Source: Malacoraja senta
Lineage: Eukaryota
DNA length: 57,353 nucleotides
Direction: 5' to 3'
Assembly (NCBI GenBank): GCA_038087875.1
Contig: JAXLNO010000061.1
Location: forward strand, 248,001 to 305,353
Shown here: positions 37,815 to 49,809 of the stretch, piece by piece
How the letters are laid out: every line of letters begins with the position of its first letter
Numbering within the stretch: position 1 is the first letter of the stretch
Notes under the pieces: model-generated
The model's database searches: none
Seen by the model: the letters and a program-made list of their open reading frames with translations, nothing else
Told to the model about the DNA's origin: nothing
Made by a program: the position numbers and the translations under genes

Positions 37815-40597
37815 ACTAAACGAAGGGTTATTGACTATAGGTAATAAAAGTGATAAGTTTCTTAATTTTTAATTTTGTTTTATTTGTTTCCAAATACGGA
37901 TTGTACTATGAATAATTGGGTTCTTATTATAATTTATGTTATTCAGTTTCATTGGAGAGAGGAGGATCGCTCCAATGTTTCTAGAGGAGCAATCCTCTTT
38001 CTCCATTACAATCCAGTCTACTTGCTGGGCGGAGTTATCCATCAGTTGAATCATGTTTTTAATATTTACTGACCAATAATAATACATAAAATTAGGTAGT
38101 GCTAGACCCCCCAATACTTTAGGTTTATTCAGATGGGTTTTTTGTATTCTATGTGATTTATAGTCCCATATAAAATTAGTGATATCTGAGTCGAGTTTTT
38201 TAAAAAACTTCTTAGGTAAGTATATAGGAATTGATTGAAATAGGTATAAAATTTGTGGTAAAAAGATCATTTTTATTGCGTTTATTCGGCCTATTAAAGA
38301 CATCGGGAGCGTTTTCCAGAATTTAATTAATGTATTTAGTTTAATAAGTAGGGGGTCAAAATTTGCCCTGAACATACCTTGATATGTTCTGGTAATTTCG
38401 ATTCCCAAATATTTAAATTTTTCTGTAGCTATTTTAAAAGGGAATTTCAAAAGATGTGTTGAATCTTTCGGTTTTATTGACATAATTTCACTTTTATTCC
38501 AATTTATTCTATATCCAGAAAAAGATCCGAAGTCTTCAATTAAATTTAATATATTTGGTATAGTGATTTGAGGTTTTGTAATATACAATAATATATCATC
38601 CGCGTATAAAGATATTTTATTATATGAGTCTTTAGTATTATATCCATGAATATCAGGGTGTATTCTAATTTTTTCTGCTAGCGGTTCAATAATGAGAGCA
38701 AACAGCTGTGGTGATAATGAGCATCCTTGTCTATTTCCCCTTGATAGTTGAAATTTCGAGGATAATATGTTATTAGTAAGTATTTTAGCTGTAGGTTTGT
38801 TATATAGTAATTTAATCCATAAAATAAAATTCTCTCCCAGTTGAAATTTTTGTAATACTTTATCCATATAATTCCATTCTACTTGATCAAATGCTTTTTC
38901 AGCATCCAGCGAAATAATTGATAATTCTTGATCTTCAGATTTGTGTGAGTGCATTATGTTGAGTAGACGTCTCATATTATTAGAAGAGTATCTCTTAGGG
39001 ATAAACCCTGTCTGATCTGGGTTTATTAATTTACTAATGTATTTACTTAATCTTCTAGCTAATGTTTTCGCTAATATTTTTTGATCTGTGTTTAACAATG
39101 CTATAGCTCTATATGAGCCAGGTTCTTCTAAATCTTTATTTTTCTTAGGTATTAATGTAATCGTTGATTCCGCTAATGTATCAGGTAGTATTCGTTTTTT
39201 AAAAGCGTATTGGTACATTTTTTGTAATCTTGGTATTATTTTATCATAAAAGCTTTTATAAAATTCATTAGTAAATCCATCAGGGCCTGGTGTTTTTCCA
39301 TTCTTTAATGAGTTTATTGTATCTTCTAATTCCTTAATTGAGATTTGTGCACCCAGTTCCTCTTGTTCCTTCAGCTCTAACTTTGGAAGATTACAGGTAT
39401 CCAAGAACTTTGTGATATTATTGGAATCAGTTATCGTTTTAGATGTATACAAATTCTCATAAAATTGCGCAAATCTTTTATTAATATCCTTCGGTGTTGT
39501 TAATAATTCCCCTTTATCTGATTTGATCTTTGGTATAGTATGTTCCTTTTCTCGTTTTTTTAGCTGGCGAGCCAAAAGTTTATGCGGTTTATCCCCAAAT
39601 TCAAAGTGCTCTTGTTTTGTAATTTGAAAAAGTCTTATAAGTTTGGCAGATAATAATTTATTTAATTAAAATTTTAAAATTATTATTTTATTATGTTTAT
39701 CTATTGATGGATCTTTAGCATTATCTATATCCATTTGTCTAATAAGTTCTTCTAACTGTCTTTGTTCATTCTTATTCTTTTTATTTTGAAAAGCTTGATA
39801 TAAAATTATAATACCCCTAATGTATGCTTTAAAAGATTCCCAAAGTAAAGTAGGCGATATCATTTGTTTGAAAAAAGACCTCCATTTGTTCTTTTAAATA
39901 TATACTCGCTTGTGGATCTTTTAAAATTTGAGAGTTAAATCTCCAGAATGATTTATTCTTAGACAATCCTTCCAGTTTTAAAAAGAAAGTTAGTGGAGAA
40001 TGGTCTGAAATTGAATTTGTATGGTATATTGCATTAGATGTTTGGGGGATTAATTTTGTATCCAGCAGAAAGTAGTCTATACGTGAGTATGTCTTATGTA
40101 CCATTGAGTAAAACGAATATTCCCTGCCAGTTGGATTCACAATTCTCCAAACATCTGCTATATTAGTGTTATTTATATAGGTATTGAGGAGTTCCCCAGT
40201 TTTCGATTTAATATTCCCTCTCTGTTTTTGACTTGATTTATCTAAGTACGGATCTAAAACACAGTTAAAGTCTCCGCCTATTATAACATTTTGATAGTTT
40301 GACTCTGCAATTATATTGAAGATTTTATTGAAAAAGTGGGGGTTATCAAAGTTAGGGGCATATATATTTACCAAAGTAAGTGGAGTGTCATGGATTTCTC
40401 CATTAACTATTAGGTATCTCCCTTCTATATCTGTTATAATATTCTTTGCTTTAAATGGTATACCTTTTCTTATGATAATTGACGTGCCTCTAGATTTTGA
40501 AGTAAATGAAGAATGGTATGTTTGACCTATCCATTTCGCCCTCAGCCTAACTTGATCCTGAGATTTTAGGTGTGTTTCTTGTAGGAAGGTAATGTCT
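37815..40597 (-). mobile_element. Second L1 (related subfamily), EN+RT, truncated at both ends
   Basis: 568-aa RT ORF 37869-39575 and EN ORF 39829-40374, collinear with but diverged from the first L1. Confidence 0.92.
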
Positions 40598-40977
40598 TAA
40601 GAAATTGATAGATGTTTAGATCTAGTAATTGAATTTTGTAATTAGCTACAATTAGGTAACTAACTAATTATATGCTTTACTTTCATGTCTTCTAAGTAAG
40701 ATTGTTTCATATTTGTTTCAGAATGCTTCAATCTATAATAACTGAAAATTTCTTTGTTATCTTAATTTTTAAGAAAGTTATGGGCTTTTAACTGTCCTCG
40801 ATCACAGCTTTTGTGTTAAGTCATTGGAAAAGCAATAGGGAGGTTTCACGAAAGGTCACCGGGTCAAAGTGCTTGACGCACGGGGCCTCTCAATCCATCT
40901 GGAAGACACCCATCACTTCCGGTATATGTTATTAATGCTAGAAACGCGTACTTTCCTACCCGTTAAAAAGCACTAAA

Positions 40978-42884
40978 ATGGTGAATTTTTGCGCTGTAAA
41001 TAAGTGTGGAAGTCGGGGTGACCGTGAGAAACATCTATCCTACTTCAGAGTTCCTAAAGTTAAGAAAAATGAAGGCAAAGAGAAGAGAGAGCTGAAGGGA
41101 CAACAACAGCGGAAGTGGTTGTCGAACATTGGCCGTGCAGATATCAAGATAGAAAATATCGGGAATTATCGCATTTGCTCATTGCATTTCATCAAAAGTA
41201 AGGCATTATTTATGTTTTATCTTTATTCATTTGTTATCTAAAATGTTTTAGAAGTTATAAATCCATTTGTAAAATAGTAAAATCGCCCATGGTTCTCAGG
41301 TGGGTTTTAACATGCAAAAAGAAAACGCTTCTGAAGCTAAAGTTACCATTTAAATAATCGCAAACCATAAATGGGTTTTAAAATAAATTTTACTCAGATG
41401 CAAGCCAAGAGATGGCATAATTGTTAGCTATTAATTGGACATAATCAACCTCAGCAAATTGACAATATCTTTGAAGGGAGTGTGTGTTTAAGCTATCATG
41501 ACATTTTATTATCTGCAAAAATATATTTTTCAATGTTTCTTGTTTAAAGCCTGCACAATCACCCACAATTATCTATTTTATTTATCATCTAATTACAGAC
41601 AAGCCTGCAGCATGGAATGATGTTACCAATCCTGATTGGGCACCCACTGTGAATATGGGACACGTTGATGACAATGAGCAGGTTAGACAACGTGCACAAG
41701 AACGCCATGCACGTGCAACAAGAAGACAGAGTATGAAAACAGATTTGGTCTTAGCTCAAGCATCTGTAGCTCTGCAAGATGATGCTGAGCTGGTTAATGA
41801 TTATGAGAACTTGAACCGGAGCTGCAAGTACACCATCAAGTTGACATGGAAACACAAACACCAGTCAAAGAGACAATGGACACATCAACACAAAACAGAC
41901 ATGTGTGCAGCAGACATAACAGTACTGGAAGCACAAGTAGACAATAACAATAAAGAGCTTCCTAAAGCAAGGCAAGAAGCAGCCCAAATTAAGTTTACAC
42001 AAGAAAGCCTTTCCAAGGACGACAAAAAGGGTTAGGTTCTACACGGGTTTACCAACGTTTGCCATTTTGATGCTGGTCTTCAATTATGTTAAGGACAAGC
42101 TCACCAAAAGACATTCACAAAATTTTCAGCAGTTGCTGATCGTCTTGATGAAGCTCCGACTTGCAGTGCCTCATGAAGATCTTGCGTATCGATTACCTTG
42201 TTAGTGAATCCACAGTATCGCGTGTATTCACTAGTGGGATTGATGCCCTTTACGGCTTATCCAAGTTAATTATTTGGCCTGAAAGTGAGGTTCTGTGGAA
42301 AACCATGCCCATGCAATTTTGGCGCACATTTGGAAAGTGTGTGGCAGTGATTATAGATTGCTTTGAAGTATTTTGTGATAGACCTACGAGTTTAGAGGCG
42401 CGCGCACAGACTTGGTCGAACTATAAGCACCATAACACCATCAAATTCTTGATAGGTATTACACCATGTGGTGCTATTTCATTTTTATCTGCAGCATGGG
42501 GGGGCAGAGGCACAGATAAACAATTACACTTTCATCTAACTTTTTGACAACCTGCTCCCTGGAGATGTCATTTTAGCTGATCGCGGTTTTGACATAAAAG
42601 ATGATGCAGGATTTTACGGTTGTCAAGCAGACATTCCTGCATTTACAAGAGGAAAAGCACAACTATCTGCGCTGGATGTAGAAAAAACTTGTGAATTAGC
42701 TAATTTACGCATTCATGTAGAGCGTGTGATTGGTGGCGTCAGGCAAAAATTCCTATTTCTAAGTCATACTGTGCCTTTGGAGTACATGGTGACCAACTCT
42801 GAAAATCTAATACCCAAAATTGATAAAATTGCAAGGATCTGTTGTGCACTTTTCAACTTAAATGAATCCATAATCTCACAGTAG
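40978..42884 (+). pseudogene. THAP + HTH + DDE (DDE_Tnp_4-like) transposase; exons 40978-41197 and 41599-42884; at least 3 frameshifts
   Basis: THAP MVNFCAVNKC...FRVP...W...CSLHF; a phase-1 GT-AG intron restores NKPAAWNDVTNPDWAPT; catalytic IIDCFE, LADRGF, RIHVERVIG; frame breaks near 42030, 42195 and 42530. Confidence 0.88.
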
Positions 42885-43201
42885 GTGTAGAAGTTGTGCT
42901 TTAGTATAGTGTATATACGAACAATAAAAACTTTAAACAAAGTTACTAGGCTCATCATCATTTATTATGGAAGAAACTGCAAGTAATTGCAAAACTATTA
43001 AATAACAAACGCAGAAGCTAAAGTGCACTTCAAAATCTTATACATTAAACATAAATAGAACAATTTCAAAAAGTGTCTGGTGTTTTTTAAAGTGAAAATA
43101 AAATAGCCTATTACGTGGCTTTATGCAGTGCAAGGGAAACGTGACATACAAATGAAAGACTTTGTATTGAACAGAAACATGTTCAGCAGAAAACTTGCCA
43201 T

Positions 43202-45218
43202 TCATTTTTTTGGGGGGGCTTTTCTTTTAGATTTTGGGATGAGCCTACAATCTGGGCAAAACCATTTTTTGGGCATCTCATAATTATCTGGCAATTTCAG
43301 GCATTCAAAATGATACCACGAAATCGGACAATTTGGCTTATCGCACATAATCATTTTCCCGCTTTCACCCTCCTGACAGTAGCACCATTTTTGTTCTTCC
43401 TGGTCATCGGGCTCAACGACATTCTCTAACATATTTTTTGGAGGGCTGGTAAAATGCTTGCCAACAAGCTCCGGTAAGACACCTAAATTGAAGAACTGAG
43501 TGGCTGCAGCTAAAGCATCTGTCCAAAAAGCATTATCACCCACTATGCGCTCTATATAGGGACTTACGTCATCACTGGTCCAAACCACAAAATCGCAAAA
43601 TGATCTCTCTGAGACAAAAATTTGGGCCTGGACCAGGTAGTAGTAAGCATGCTCTTTGGACAGATGAAGCTCACCATTCAAATCCTTAAGACAAAACTGT
43701 TTGTCTTGTGCAGCGGACATTAAAGACATGTCCTTCTTACTGAATGGACATTTCACTTCACAGACACCAAGACGGTCATCCCCGCAACATTGCTCAGCGC
43801 ACTCAACAAGTCCATCTGGTGTTGCACCCAAATGAGGGTACTTTGGGTTTATGATCAGACCTGAGTCTCTCATCATGAAACCTGAGTGTTCAGTGCGCAT
43901 GTAAGCCGCATAGGCTTGCCTTGCATTCTCTTCTTGATCACAGCCCCATCTTGTTGCCTCACTGCTAAATTTGTCCAGATCCGGGTAACACACAGATTTG
44001 ATAACACTAATTGCAGGATGACCTGCATTTGTCCTGCAAACACTTTTCATTTTTGACGCTGTTATGCGTCCTGCCCGATAACGAAACCAGAGATCTGATT
44101 TTGCTTGCAGACGAGTGTGCGCCTCCACATTCTTTGCCCCCTCCTCTGTAACAGAACAATCAACATCTTCACATCTCTTTAGAAGTTCAGCATATGTCAG
44201 GGTGAATGTGTCTTTGTCCATTAGGTCAGTAAGAATCGGTGGAAATGCTACAACAGTCTCAGCAGGAACAAATCTTGCTGCATAAGGGTCCACAGTGCTG
44301 AGTATGGCCGATTTTGTTGTTATCAGGGACAGGCATAACAAAAGTCTACTCAGTGATTTGTCCTGCAGCACCTCCGATGCTCGAGACGAAGCGGATAACA
44401 ATGTTGGAGCTTTATCTCTAGCTTGTTGCTGTCTTGACTCAGTCCCATCTATGGCAGCATCAAGCAATCTTTTCTTCTTTGCTGCTGAAGAGAAGTCAAC
44501 TTTGCTGACAGGCGCGGCTTTAACCTGCTTTCTTGTTGGCTCCATCCAATATGCCTTGACCTGGGTGACTGTTTTCTTCTCACGAATCCGTACTCCTGCG
44601 TCAATACCAAAGAGAAGCGTCGCAATGTGGGTACAAACTTCTCCAAGCCCTGCCTTGCAATCACAGTGGGCACTGCATATCTGGCTATTTGTCGCAATAA
44701 CCCACGGCATCAATGGCTTAGATGTCACACCTACAGCTTGTGAGTGCAGAACCTGTAGTATGATGAAAATAGAAAATAAAAATAAAAGTGTTAAAATACC
44801 TTCATATAAGTAATAAAATAAATTATATAAATAAGTAATAGCATAATGATAGAAAAGTTACTTTTCCACACACCACTCGCAAGTCTGGAGAATTATTTGG
44901 CATGTATACACTTGTGTTGTGTAACCAACCATTTGCAAACTGATTGTAAGCCTCAGATGATTTGTAGGCTTTAAAATTATTTGATGTGTATGGACTGGGC
45001 GTTGTGATGAGGTAGGCCATGATGTCCATGGAATGAATCTCTGGCAATTGAGAGATATCACGGGATCTCTCAGCTTCAGGCACTAAATAAGGATCTATAC
45101 CTATTAAGGAGACCTTTTGCACATACCGTTGGTACTCCTCAGTTGATAGATTTGAGGAATACTGAGACAATTGGACGGATACAGGGGCAGAAGACGAGCC
45201 CGCTGCACTAGAAGCCAT
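43202..45218 (-). CDS. Transposon ORF2: SWIM finger + YqaJ/lambda-exonuclease-like PD-(D/E)xK nuclease + ING-like PHD finger; 635 aa, exons 45218-44862 and 44752-43202
   Basis: 109-nt phase-0 GT-AG intron (44753-44861) joins VCGK to VLHSQ with no stops; SWIM HCDCKAGLGEVCTH; YqaJ W..YRAGRITAS, SGLII, LGATPDG, EVKCP; PHD WCYC..MIMCD..C...WYHFEC..WFCPDC. Confidence 0.9.
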
Positions 45219-45489
45219 GTTAAATGCTTACCTGCAATTCACAGCGTGTAATCCAGTTGCCGTTGCGTGGCAACAGTGCGGGTCACGGGGTCGCGACCTC
45301 GGCTTCGTGAAACCTCCCTATAGGGAACAAGATGCTAATTTCCGAGTATGAAAATGGCCATAACTTCTTTAATACTGAAAATATGAAAGTGAATTAGGTG
45401 TCAAATTAAACTTCTTTTTATGCTTTATCTGATCGGATAAATTGCAGACTTTATTTTTAAAATCTCAAAATTTTGTAACATTGCTACTA

Positions 45490-45795
45490 TAGTCTGAAGA
45501 AGGGTCTCGACCCGAAACTTCAGCCATTCCTTCTCTCCAGAGATGCTGCCTGTCCTGCTGAGTTACGCCAGCATTTTGTGTCTACCTTCAGTTTAAACCA
45601 GCATCTGCTGTTCCTTCCTACACTTATACCAAGCCAATTAACCTATAAACCTGTACGCCTTACAGATCTCGGAGAAAACCCACGTAAGTCACAGAGAAGA
45701 TATGAAAACGCCATACAGACATCAGCCGTAATCAGGCTGCAACCCGACCGGATCCCCGGCGCTGTGACGCAGCAACTCTCCCGCTGCGCCACCGA
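45490..45795. mobile_element. Penelope-LTR-derived repeat (+) followed by a tRNA-headed V-SINE/HE1-like piece (-)
   Basis: CTGAAGAAGGGTCTCGACCCGAAAC module; on the minus strand GGTGGCGCAGCGGGAGAGTTGCTGCGTCACAGCGCC head and GTGGGTTTTCTCCG body. Confidence 0.65.
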
Positions 45796-46270
45796 CCGCT
45801 CCCCCACTGAACCTCCCCACCGGTGGTGGCGCTGTAGGTGGTCCTCCCACCGCTCCCGCACTGGACCTCCCCGCCGGGCGGTGGCGCTGTCGCTGGTCCT
45901 CCCACCGCTCCCCCACTGAACCTCCCCGCCGGTCGGTGGCGCTGTCGCTGTCGCTGGTCCTCCCAGCAGCGCCTTCTCCGTCGGAGGCGCTCCCTCACTC
46001 CCTGAGGCGCTCCCTCACACCCAGACGGTCCTCCGAGGCCCTCCGCCATGAACATCCTGCCCAAGAAGAGCTGGCATGTCCGCAACAAGGACAACGTGTC
46101 CCGGGTCCGGCGCGACGAGGAGGAAGCGTCCGAAGAGGCGCGGGCGGCCGAGGAGGGAGCGTCGCGGGCCTCCAGGGAGGTGAGGGAGCGTCTCAGGGGG
46201 CGAGGGAGCGTCTCGGGGTGAGGGAGCATCTCGGGGTGAGGGAGCGTCTCAGGGGGTGAGGGAGGCTTCA
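45790..46270 (+). promoter_or_regulatory. GC/CpG-rich island around the LENG1 start, with short repeats
   Basis: High CpG density; repeated CCACCGCTCCCCCACTGAACCTCCCC upstream; ~20-bp GAGGGAGCGTCTC repeats in intron 1. Confidence 0.55.
46048..46179 (+). CDS. LENG1: Leukocyte receptor cluster member 1, first coding exon (CIR1-like N-terminus); no further exons recognised in the window
   Basis: Kozak [50 protein letters not shown] (44 codons) followed by donor GAG|GTGAGG; matches the known LENG1 N-terminus [23 protein letters not shown]. Confidence 0.92.
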
Positions 46271-46289
46271 ATCTGTGTGTCTGACCCCC

Positions 46290-46935
46290 AGTGTTTTATT
46301 GTCATGTCCGGGATGGGACAATGAATTTCTTACTTACTGCAACACAACAGAATATGTGAATATGTAAACATAGTACATAACGGGGGAAGAGATGAAATGA
46401 AAAAGTTGAATAAATAACAAATATAGTGCAATAATAATATAGTCTTTTGCAGTTCAGAGCTCAGATCTTATTCGTTGTTGTGATTAATAGCCTGATAGCT
46501 ATAGAGAAGAAGTTGTTCCTGAAACTGGACGTTACAGTTTTCTGGCTCCTGTACCTTCTTCCTGATGGCAATGATGAAACAAATGTGTGGCCAAGATGGT
46601 GTGGGTCTTTGATGACGTTGGATGCCATTATGAGGCAGCGACTACGATAGATCCCTCCGACGGTGGGGATGTCAAAGCCGGTGATGGATTGGGCAGTGGT
46701 CAAAACTTTTTGTAGTCTTTTTCACTCCTGGGCGTTCAAGTTGCCGAACCAGGCCACGATGCAACCAGTCAGAATGTTCTCTACTGTGCACCTGTAGAGG
46801 TTTAGGGGAATCCTCTTCGACATGCCGAATCTCCGTAATCTTCTCAGGAAGTAGAGTCGCTGATATAATAATAATTATAATCTTTATAATTGCATCGGTA
46901 TGCTTGGTCCAGGAAAGATCTTCGGAGTGTTGATA
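46290..46935 (-). mobile_element. Rex1/Babar-like LINE 3' end
   Basis: IYRSRCL..ASNVIKDPHHLGH...LPSGRRYRS....FRNNFF. Confidence 0.8.
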
Positions 46936-47609
46936 GGACAATGCGGAGGGAGCTTCACTCTGTGACCCCCCGGGGAGGAGTGTGAGATGGGACAGTGCGC
47001 AGGCTTCACTCTGTGCGTCTGTGTGTCGGGACAGTGTGGAGGGAGCTTCACACTGCAGAGGGTGGGTAGGGTAGCTCTGCCAGTAAGGAATGAAATTTGG
47101 CCCTTGGCAAGGTGAGATGTAGGATCAGGAGATGTAGAATCCTTGTGGGGAAAGCTGGAGTAACTCAGTGGGTCAGGCAGGCAGCATCTCTGGAGAGAAG
47201 AAATGGGTGATGTTCCGGGTCAAGACCATTTTTTCCGAAATGTCATACATTCTTTTTCCCCAGAGCTGCTGGCGGTCCCACTGAGTTATTCCAGCTTTAT
47301 GTGTTTATCTTCAGTTTAAAGCAACATCTGCAGTTCCTCCCTACCCATTTTGTAGTGGAGCCTACCAGGGAATATTCAACCTACAGTTTGAGACGGAGGT
47401 GAAATCGGATACGTCGGTATTACTGTTGAGCAAAGGTACAGGCACGCAAGAGGAGCTGGCTAAAGTTGATTGATAAAGGGACCCTGGCAGGAATGACGGT
47501 GGGACAGCAATAGGAAGAATTTCTGGGAATAATTCGTAAGACACAGGATCTTTTCATTCCAAAGTGGAAGAAATATTCTCTGGGGAGAATGAGGTGACTG
47601 TGGCTGACA

Positions 47610-49809
47610 GGGAAAGTCAAAGACGGTCTGTGTGCGGCCCTGTCGAGCGAAGTGCCCTGTGAGAAAAGTGCGAGTCTTTGGCTACGAGTCTTCGGCGAGG
47701 AGGCTGAGGGAGGACGCCACACCAAACGCTGGAGGGGAGAGACGAAAGAAGGAGATGTCAAGGAAACTGATTCAGTGTGATGCTTGCAGGATGTGGGAGG
47801 TCAAGGACACCGCTGGTGCCCCTGGCTGCTATAAATGTGAGAAGTGCATTCAGATACAGCTCCTGGAGGACAGTGTTGGGGAACTGGAGAAGCAAGTGGA
47901 TGACCTCAGGTTCGTCCGAGAAACTGAGTCGTTCCTCGACAATTCCGACAGTAAGATTGTTACACCTAAGGTACTGGAAGGGAGAAGGTGGGTGATGGTG
48001 GGAAAGGGAGGGAAACATGGAATGCAATGGTTCCCAGATGTTGTACCTCTTGAGAACAGGTTCACCCACTTAGAAGCTGTCGGGACAGAAGACGTTAACA
48101 CACTGAGCGGTGCACTGGCTTGCGAAGCAAAAAGTGCTGTTGAGCCAAAACCAAAGAGGCTGACGTCAGGCAACGGCATTGTCGTTGGAGACTGCATTGT
48201 GAGAGGTACGGACAGGGGTTTCTGCGCCAACATGGATTCGAGGATGATGTGCTGCCTTCCTGGTGCCAGGATCCAGGATGTCACGGACAGAGTGCAGAAA
48301 ATCCTCAAGGGCGAAGATGAACAGCTGGAAGTGGCAGTGCATGTCGGCACAAATGATGTCGGAAAGAAGGGGATGAATATTCTGCAGCGTGACTTTAGAA
48401 AGCTCAGAAAAATGCTGAAAAGCAGGACCTCCAGGGTAGTTATCTCCGGTTTGCTTCCAGTTCCTCGTGCTGGCGAGAGCAGGATCAGGGAGATATGGGA
48501 CCTGAATGTGTGGCTGAGGAACTGGTGCAGGGGGCAGGGATTTGGATTCTTAGACCACTTGGATCTGTTTTGGAGTAAGGGGGAACTGTACAAAAGGGAC
48601 GGATTGCACCTTAACAGATGGGGGACCAGCATTCTGGCAGGCAGGTTTGCCACTGCTACACGGATGGTTTTAAACTGAATAAGGGTGGGGGGGGGGTGGT
48701 GTCAAATGGGATAGTCAAGGACGGAGTTAAAGGGAAAGAGAGCAAAGGGATAGTTAATGACCCCAGAATTAACTGGAAAGAAAGCTCACAAAGGGATAGG
48801 AGAGTATGGCCAAGTTTAATAAGGATCGATGTGAAAGGTGAGATGCGTAAGGAATTAAAAGTATTGTATATGAATGCGCAAAGTATAAGAAGTAAAGTAG
48901 ATGAGCTTGAGGCTCAGTTAAAGGTTGGTAGATATGACATTGTGGGGATTACTGAGATGTGACTGCAGGAGGATCGGGCCTATGAACTTAATATTCAGGG
49001 TTATACATTCTATAGAAAGGACAGGCAGGTGGGCAGAGGAGAGGGGGTAGCTCTGCTGGTGAGGGATGGAATTCAGTCCCTTGCGAGGGAAGACATAGGG
49101 GCAGACGAGATAGAGTCACTGTGGATTGAGTTGAGGAATTGTAAAGGCAAGAAGACACTAATTGGTTCAAGAAGGAACTGCAGATGATGGAAAATCGAAG
49201 GTAGACAAAATTGCTGGAGAAACTCAGCGGGTGCGGCAGCATCTATGGAGCGAAGGAAATAGGCAACGTTTTGGGCCAAAACCCTTCTTCAGACTGATGC
49301 AGGGTGGGAGGGGGGGGGGGGGGGCGGGAAGAAGACACTAATTGGCGTTATCTACAGACCCCCAAATAGTAACCCGGATGTAGGGTGTAAGTTGCAGTAG
49401 GAGTTAAAACTGGCATGTAACAAAGGTAATGCCACTGTGGTGATGGGGGATTTCAATATGCAGGTAGACTGGGAAAATCAGGCTGGTTCAGCACCCGAAG
49501 AAAGAGAGTTTGTAGAGTGCCTCCAAGATGGATTCTTAGAGCAGCTTGTAATGGAGCCGACCAGAGAAAAGGCAATTCTGGATTTAGTGTTCTCCACTAA
49601 CCAGATTTGATGAGAACTCGAGGTAAAAGAACCGCTGGAGGTAGTGATCATAATATGATTAGTTTTAACCTGCAATTTGAGAAGGTTAAATCGGAAGTGT
49701 CAGTGATGCAGTTGAACAGAGTGGACTATGAAGGCATGAGAGGAGCTGGCCAAGGAAGACTGGAAAGGGATCCTAGCAGGAATGACAGTGGAACAGCAAT
49801 GGCAGGTCA
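47610..49809 (+). mobile_element. CR1 5' part (ORF1 and EN), continued at 53751
   Basis: ORF1 followed by LKVLYMNAQSIR, GITE, MGDFN and GGSDH motifs; sequence resumes after the hAT-like insert. Confidence 0.88.
47755..48678 (+). CDS. CR1 ORF1p: zinc finger, coiled coil and SGNH/GDSL esterase; open 307 aa
   Basis: CDAC...CEKC, LEKQVDDLR, VVGDCIVRG, CLPGA, HVGTND, DGLHLN. Confidence 0.88.
   Translation: MSRKLIQCDACRMWEVKDTAGAPGCYKCEKCIQIQLLEDSVGELEKQVDDLRFVRETESFLDNSDSKIVTPKVLEGRRWVMVGKGGKHGMQWFPDVVPLENRFTHLEAVGTEDVNTLSGALACEAKSAVEPKPKRLTSGNGIVVGDCIVRGTDRGFCANMDSRMMCCLPGARIQDVTDRVQKILKGEDEQLEVAVHVGTNDVGKKGMNILQRDFRKLRKMLKSRTSRVVISGLLPVPRAGESRIREIWDLNVWLRNWCRGQGFGFLDHLDLFWSKGELYKRDGLHLNRWGTSILAGRFATATRMVLN

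Larger units (their letters stand above)
40837..45319 (+). mobile_element. Complete ISL2EU-type (PIF/Harbinger-related) DNA transposon, 4483 bp, with two convergent genes
   Basis: TIR AGGGAGGTTTCACGAA at 40837-40852 and its exact reverse complement at 45304-45319; AT at 40835-40836 and 45320-45321; THAP-DDE plus YqaJ gene pair. Confidence 0.92.

Noticed and set aside
43202..43400. Host ING gene exon
   Set aside because: The PHD is in frame with the YqaJ domain and lies inside the TIRs; no ING N-terminal domain
44295..44813. 172-aa plus-strand ORF
   Set aside because: Antisense shadow of the YqaJ-PHD gene
45732..46271. ORF-track calls 45732-46271 (-) and 45936-46259 (+)
   Set aside because: Shadow frames over the CpG island; the real coding frame is LENG1 exon 1 from 46048
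47850..48653. 267-aa minus-strand ORF
   Set aside because: Antisense shadow of CR1 ORF1
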